Assembly: GCA_963666365.2 (NCBI GenBank)
Contig: CAXXNF010000001.1
Span: 672,001-736,000 of the forward strand
Direction of reading: 5' to 3'
Length of the DNA: 64,000 nt
Source: Syntrophales bacterium
Lineage (GTDB): Bacteria; Desulfobacterota; Syntrophia; Syntrophales; UBA2210
Numbering within the stretch: position 1 is the first letter of the stretch; the number at the start of each line of letters is the position of its first letter. Below, piece after piece: positions 59,200 to 64,000 of this stretch. The notes below the pieces were generated by a model, which saw only the letters and a list, made by a program, of their open reading frames with translations, did no database searches and was not told where the DNA came from. Made by a program: the position numbers and the translations under genes.

Positions 59200-60546
59200 A
59201 GTGCCTGTATATACACCCCCTTCTCAGTCAATAGTCAACGGCCTGTTGCCCAAATCCCCTATGCCGAATAGACGCGAATAGGATTAAGTAAGTATTCCGT
59301 TGTATTTTTGTTGCGTCAGATGATCGACAAACGCATTTAACACATTGTATTAATTGCCATATTATGGTATATAAGGTCCGTTATATTCTTCAACAGCGAG
59401 GGTCTTGCCATGATGGGTCGCCAACCTGATTTTCAGTCAAAGCTCTTTCACTATCACATCAATCTTGAAGACAGGATTCCACAGGATCATGTGCTGCGGA
59501 AGATGCGGGATCGCATTGATTTCGATTTCGTATCCGATGCTGTGAAGGACACCTATGGAGAACGGGGCAATGTTTCCGTTCCCCCGCCGGTAATCCTTAA
59601 AATGATGCTCCTGCTGATTTTCTATAATGTTCGATCGGAGCGGGAACTCATGAAGACGATTCCCTTGCGCCTGGATTGGTTATGGTTTCTCGGGTACGAC
59701 GTTGACGACGAAGTTCCCAATCACAGCGTCTTGAGCAAAGCCCGCAATCGATGGGGGACTGCGGCATTTAAGCTCTTTTTTGAGCGGATTGTGTGGCAGT
59801 GCGTCGAAGCAGGACTGATTGAGGGCGGCAAGCTTTTTGTGGATGCGAGTCTTATCGATGCGGACGCATCCAATAATTCGGTAGTGGATACCCACAAGCT
59901 CAAAAAGTATCTGAACAAAGGGTACCGGCGTCTTGAAAAGCGATTGGATGACATAGAGGCGTCAAAGACGACCCCCGCAGACAAACGGTATATCTCCACG
60001 ACCGATCCTGACGCTTCCGTTACCCGTCACCGGGGGAGTAAATCAAAGGTACGATACAAGACGCATCGCGCCGTCGATGAAAAACATGAGATCATCACTG
60101 CCACAAAAGTGACCGCCGGGTCCGTGGATGACGGTCACGTTTTGGACGATATGATTGATGCTCACGAGCGGAACACAGACCGTAAGGTGAAAACGGCGGT
60201 GGGCGACAGCAAATACGGGACGATCGACAATTTCCTTCTCTGCCGCGACAGAAAGATAAAGGTGCACATGCCTTCCCTTGAAAAGACCGGCCGCGGGTCG
60301 GGAAGACAAAAAGGCATTTTCCCGAAGGAAGATTTCATCTACGACCCTGTGAAGGACGCCTTCCTCTGCCCTGCTGGTCGCATGCTGCAAAGACGGAATT
60401 ACAACAAGAAACGAAACTACTATGAATACAAAGCTTCATCGGCAATCTGCTCTGCCGTAACCGTACGACCAACTCATCTTTCGCTTGAACGCACATTGGA
60501 TTATAGCTTCCCGTCATGAACACATTTCATGATTGGAGGATGCCCT

Positions 60547-60858
60547 ATGACACAACAAGAACGCACCGCCCACTGGTCGGCCATCGTAGAGCGGCAGATC
60601 GCAAGCGGGATGAGCGGTCTGGCCTGGTGCCAGATGCATCAGATCAATACGGCAAGTTTCTACTCCTGGCGCCGGAAACTCACTGAACCGCAAGGACAAC
60701 AGGGATTTATCGAACTTGCATCCTCGACGGCCGACTATGCCGGCATTCGCATTTGCATGGGGCCGCTTCTTTCCATCGAAGTGGAACGCGGCTTCGATCC
60801 CGTTACCCTGCGCACCGTTATTGAAACGCTTCATAATGGTTCCCCATGTTCGGCCTGA
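60547..60858 (+). CDS. tnpA: IS66 accessory protein TnpA
   Basis: W...SGMS..WC....FYSWRRKL. Confidence 0.85.
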   Translation: MTQQERTAHWSAIVERQIASGMSGLAWCQMHQINTASFYSWRRKLTEPQGQQGFIELASSTADYAGIRICMGPLLSIEVERGFDPVTLRTVIETLHNGSPCSA

Positions 60859-61187
60859 CAGCATCGGCACGCATCTATCTTTATCGCAGCCCCTGCGACA
60901 TGCGCAAGTCCTTCGACGGCCTGTGCGGCATTGTCCGCGCCGAACTTAGCGCCGATCCCCTTTCGGGATCACTCTTCGTCTTCGTCAACCGGCGGCGGAA
61001 CATGGTGAAGCTCCTGTACTGGGACAGCGACGGCATGGCCATCTGGCTGAAACGTCTGGAGCAGGGGTCCTTCGTGCTGCCTTCCCGGCAGTCCCGCGAC
61101 GGTCATATCGAGCGCCGGGATCTGGCCATGCTCCTTGAGGGAATCGTGCCGAAAAAAGTGGGAAAACGGTACAAAATATGTGCATAA
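60846..61187 (+). CDS. tnpB: IS66 accessory protein TnpB
   Basis: DMRKSFDGL, LFVFVNRR, KLLYWD, KRLEQG. Confidence 0.93.
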   Translation: MFGLTASARIYLYRSPCDMRKSFDGLCGIVRAELSADPLSGSLFVFVNRRRNMVKLLYWDSDGMAIWLKRLEQGSFVLPSRQSRDGHIERRDLAMLLEGIVPKKVGKRYKICA

Positions 61188-61239
61188 AAAATAATATAAA
61201 CACTTGACATTATTATAGTTATGTGCTATACGCCCGCTC

Positions 61240-62850
61240 ATGATATTGACGGAAGCACAAGAGATTATCGACCGAAAAGATGCTGCCTGGATTCTGGAAT
61301 TTGCCGCCCAAAAGGATGCCCAGATCGAAGCGCTTACCCAGAAGCTCGAATCCGCCCAGCGCCAGTTGACCACCCTGCAGCATCAGATGGAACAGCTGCT
61401 GAAACGGCTCTACGGCCGCAAGTCCGAAAAGATCAACCCCGGTCAGCTGATGTTCGACGACATGGTGCTTCAATCATTAGAGCAGAATGCGGCGGTGAAA
61501 GCACAGTTCGAAGACGCTTCTGCCACAGAGACTGTCAAGAAGCCCCGCAAGGCCTCCCGGCATCACGGCCGGGTTCCCATTCCGGAGCATCTCGAACGGG
61601 TGGAGATTCTGCTGGACGTGCCCGAGGATGAAAAGATCGATGCGGACACGGGCGCACCCCTGAAGGTCATTTCCGTGGAAGTCTCGGAGAAGCTGGAATA
61701 CCGGCCGGGGAGACTGATCGTCAACGTCTACAAGCGGCCCCAGTATGCGCTGCCGGAGGCATCGGAATCTACCGCCGGCGTCATCGCCGCCTCGCTGCCC
61801 GATCACCCCATCGCCAAGTGCAAAGCCGACGTGGGGCTGCTTTCTCATCTGATCGTCAGCAAGTACGCCGATCATCTGCCTCTCTACCGACAGAACAGCA
61901 TTCTGGAGCGGGAAGGAGTGGACATTCCCCGGGCCACCCAAACCAGCTGGCTCATGCAGGTCTATGAGAGCATTCGTCCCTTGGAAACAGTGCTTCAAAA
62001 GGCCGTCCTTGAGAGGGACGTGCTCTTTACCGACGATACGCCCGTTCCTCTGCAGGTCAAGGGAAACGGCAAGGTAAAGAAGGCCCGTCTCTGGGTCTAT
62101 CTGCGGGGCGGTCCGGGACCGCCGCTGACGGCCTATGACTTCTCCATTGATCGGAGCAAGACGCGCCCACTGGAGTATCTCAATGATTACCAGGGGTACG
62201 TCCATGCCGACGCCTACGGCGGCTACGACGAACTTTTCAAAAAAGAAGAGATTATCGAAGTGGGTTGCTGGGCCCATACCAGACGGAAGTTCGACGAGGC
62301 GGTTTCATCGCGTCCTCAAGAGGCCACGGACATCCTTGCCCGCATCGCCCGGCTCTATCACGAGGTGGAGACCCCCTGTGCCGAGATGACGCCCGAGGAG
62401 CGGCGCCGTTTCCGGCAGGCGCATGCAACGCCGCTGCTTGAGGGAATCTTTGCAAAGATTGAGGAACTGAGGCCCCGGACGACGCCCTCGGAGCCGTTGC
62501 GGACGGCCATCAACTACGCCCTGAATCAGCGGGAGGCGCTCTGCCGCTATCTGAAAGACGGACGGTTAAGACCCGACAACAACCTGGCGGAAAACGCCAT
62601 TCGGCCCATAGCGGTAGGTCGAAAAAACTGGCTCTTCGTGGGCAGCGAACGGGGCGGCCGGGCGGCGGCCCTTTATATGGGTCTCGTTCAATCTTGCAAA
62701 AACTGCGACGTCAACCCCTGGGAGTACTTTGACGACATGCTTCGGCGGATCATGAGCCATCCCGTAAACCGCCTGCGGGAACTGCTTCCCGATCAGTGGA
62801 AGCCTGTGCCCAGGGATGAACGGGGCCTGATCATCCAGGGAAAACAATAA
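61240..62850 (+). CDS. tnpC: IS66 transposase TnpC
   Basis: LYGRKSEK, KYADHLPLYRQ, DDTPV, ADAYGGY, CWAHTRRKF, DNNLAENAIR, GRKNWLF. Confidence 0.95.
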   Translation: MILTEAQEIIDRKDAAWILEFAAQKDAQIEALTQKLESAQRQLTTLQHQMEQLLKRLYGRKSEKINPGQLMFDDMVLQSLEQNAAVKAQFEDASATETVKKPRKASRHHGRVPIPEHLERVEILLDVPEDEKIDADTGAPLKVISVEVSEKLEYRPGRLIVNVYKRPQYALPEASESTAGVIAASLPDHPIAKCKADVGLLSHLIVSKYADHLPLYRQNSILEREGVDIPRATQTSWLMQVYESIRPLETVLQKAVLERDVLFTDDTPVPLQVKGNGKVKKARLWVYLRGGPGPPLTAYDFSIDRSKTRPLEYLNDYQGYVHADAYGGYDELFKKEEIIEVGCWAHTRRKFDEAVSSRPQEATDILARIARLYHEVETPCAEMTPEERRRFRQAHATPLLEGIFAKIEELRPRTTPSEPLRTAINYALNQREALCRYLKDGRLRPDNNLAENAIRPIAVGRKNWLFVGSERGGRAAALYMGLVQSCKNCDVNPWEYFDDMLRRIMSHPVNRLRELLPDQWKPVPRDERGLIIQGKQ

Positions 62851-63052
62851 TCAGTGCACCGTATTCCGGCGGTTGAATCCCGTAATCATATTATCAAAGA
62901 GCACCGGCTGTACCGGTTTTAGGTACAGCGTACTTCATGTAAAATTCTTTTGCTATATGAGTTGGTCGTACGCTTACGCTCTGCCTGTCCGCTGAGAGAA
63001 CAGTGTACGCGGGCAAAGGACGGACGATCGCTTAAACGACACGCACGGCACG

Positions 63053-64000
63053 TGTCAATGGTCTTTTAAAAATGAGCCATTTTCGGTCGTGAAAACTGAG
63101 CCACTCGCCTCTTAACCATGGTCCATTTTTTCCTCCCCTTGCTCAGTGTTTTTCCGAAGTCTGTAACTGTTGCCCCGGATATTTATTATAATGCTGTGAT
63201 GGAGCAGGCGATCCAGAAACGCCGTGACGATGACCGGATCGTGAAACAGCTCGGTCCAGTCGGAAAAGGCCTTGTTGGACGTGATCACAGTGCTGGCCTT
63301 CTCATAGCGGTTGGCAATGAATCTGAAAAAAAGGTTGCATTCCTCTCTGTCGATTGGTGTATAGCCGACCTCGTCAACGATCACCAGTGCCGATTTGTAA
63401 TAGCTTCTTCCTCTGCCTTTGCGTCCTGCCTCGTGATCTTTTTTCAGTTTCCCGATTAGATCCTCCATCGTCGTAAAGTAAATGCTCATGCCCGCCTGAC
63501 AGGCCTTCAATGCGAGAGAGACGGCCAGGTGGGTCTTGCCCACGCCCGGAGGCCCCAAAAAGATGACATTCCCTTTCTCACGGATAAAGGTCAGATCGAA
63601 AAGCGACATGACTTTCTGACGATCCAGCTTGGGTTGAAAGGTAAAGTCGAATTCATCAATGCTCTTGATAAAGGGGAGCCCCGATATCTTCAGCGCCGTT
63701 TCCACCCGTCGCTGTTCCTTGCAGGCGATTTCCTCTTCCAGCAGTTCGTCGAGAAAGGAAAGATAGCTTGCGCTTTTTTCCTCGGCCGTTTTGGTCGCCT
63801 GTACAAGTATGGCGCCCATTCGGGAGAGCCGAAGCCGCGTGAGACTGGACTGTATGCGATCGACAAGCAATGTCTCGTTCATAGGCCCATCTCCCCGACG
63901 AGCGAGTCATACAGCGCTGTGGGACGGATTTCAACGTCCATGGTGGCATAGGACGACTTCAAGGGACTGATGGTGCATTTGGCGCGTCCCTTACCGTGTC
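63053..64000 (-). mobile_element. IS21-family element, partial (runs off the window)
   Basis: End begins TGTCAATGG with internal repeats AAAA(A/C)TGAGCCA; carries istB and the probable 3' end of istA. Confidence 0.85.
63112..63882 (-). CDS. istB: IS21 helper ATPase IstB
   Basis: FDFTFQP, GPPGVGKTHLA, IVDEVGY, ITSN, LDRLLHH, GNSYR. Confidence 0.95.
   Translation of the reverse strand: MNETLLVDRIQSSLTRLRLSRMGAILVQATKTAEEKSASYLSFLDELLEEEIACKEQRRVETALKISGLPFIKSIDEFDFTFQPKLDRQKVMSLFDLTFIREKGNVIFLGPPGVGKTHLAVSLALKACQAGMSIYFTTMEDLIGKLKKDHEAGRKGRGRSYYKSALVIVDEVGYTPIDREECNLFFRFIANRYEKASTVITSNKAFSDWTELFHDPVIVTAFLDRLLHHSIIINIRGNSYRLRKNTEQGEEKMDHG

Larger units (their letters stand above)
60457..62977 (+). 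mobile_element. Complete IS66-family element
   Basis: 21-bp TIRs GTAA(C/G)CGTACGACCAACTCAT with 1 mismatch; 8-bp target duplication GCTCTGCC at 60449-60456 and 62978-62985. Confidence 0.96.
59410..63052 (+). pseudogene. IS1182-family transposase interrupted by IS66 and IS21
   Basis: IPQDHVLR, SERELM, VPNHSVLS, VDASLI, STTDPDA, GDSKYG; frame resumes after IS66 as ...ICSA|CPLREQCTRAKDGRSLKRH. Confidence 0.88.

Noticed and set aside
60846..61187. TnpB as an RNA-guided nuclease
   Set aside because: This is the 113-aa IS66 accessory TnpB, unrelated to the IS200/IS605 RuvC TnpB.

Overview
A ~55% GC bacterial window whose gene content fits an anaerobic Deltaproteobacterium (Desulfobacterota/Syntrophales-like; inferred). 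From left to right: (1) a sigma54 operon under a PAS/Cx8Cx3C (OrpR-like) activator, encoding a NifB/NifX-like protein, a Tat-exported metallo-beta-lactamase-fold protein, a membrane protein and two unknowns. (2) An atypical aspS-gatC fusion / gatA / gatB operon in which GatA lacks its catalytic Lys and nucleophilic Ser. (3) A 3855-aa surface protein plus three more secreted proteins, all ending in a dockerin-like domain. (4) A GlpA-like FAD oxidoreductase operon with two GlcG-like genes. (5) A marR-hgcA-hgcB mercury-methylation locus. hgcA appears to be a selenoprotein: it has an in-frame TGA with a SECIS-like hairpin in an N-terminal extension the ORF track misses. A second, diverged copy of the hgcB 3' end lies beyond a PKD-repeat gene. 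(6) A sigma54-driven cluster of lysine 2,3-aminomutase, two ATP-grasp ligases and a GNAT. (7) A hybrid histidine kinase. (8) A mobile-element-rich end: a decayed DDE transposase, an IR-flanked RAYT, an orphan Rhs, and an IS1182 interrupted by both IS66 and IS21. All calls come from reading motifs by eye; no searches were run.
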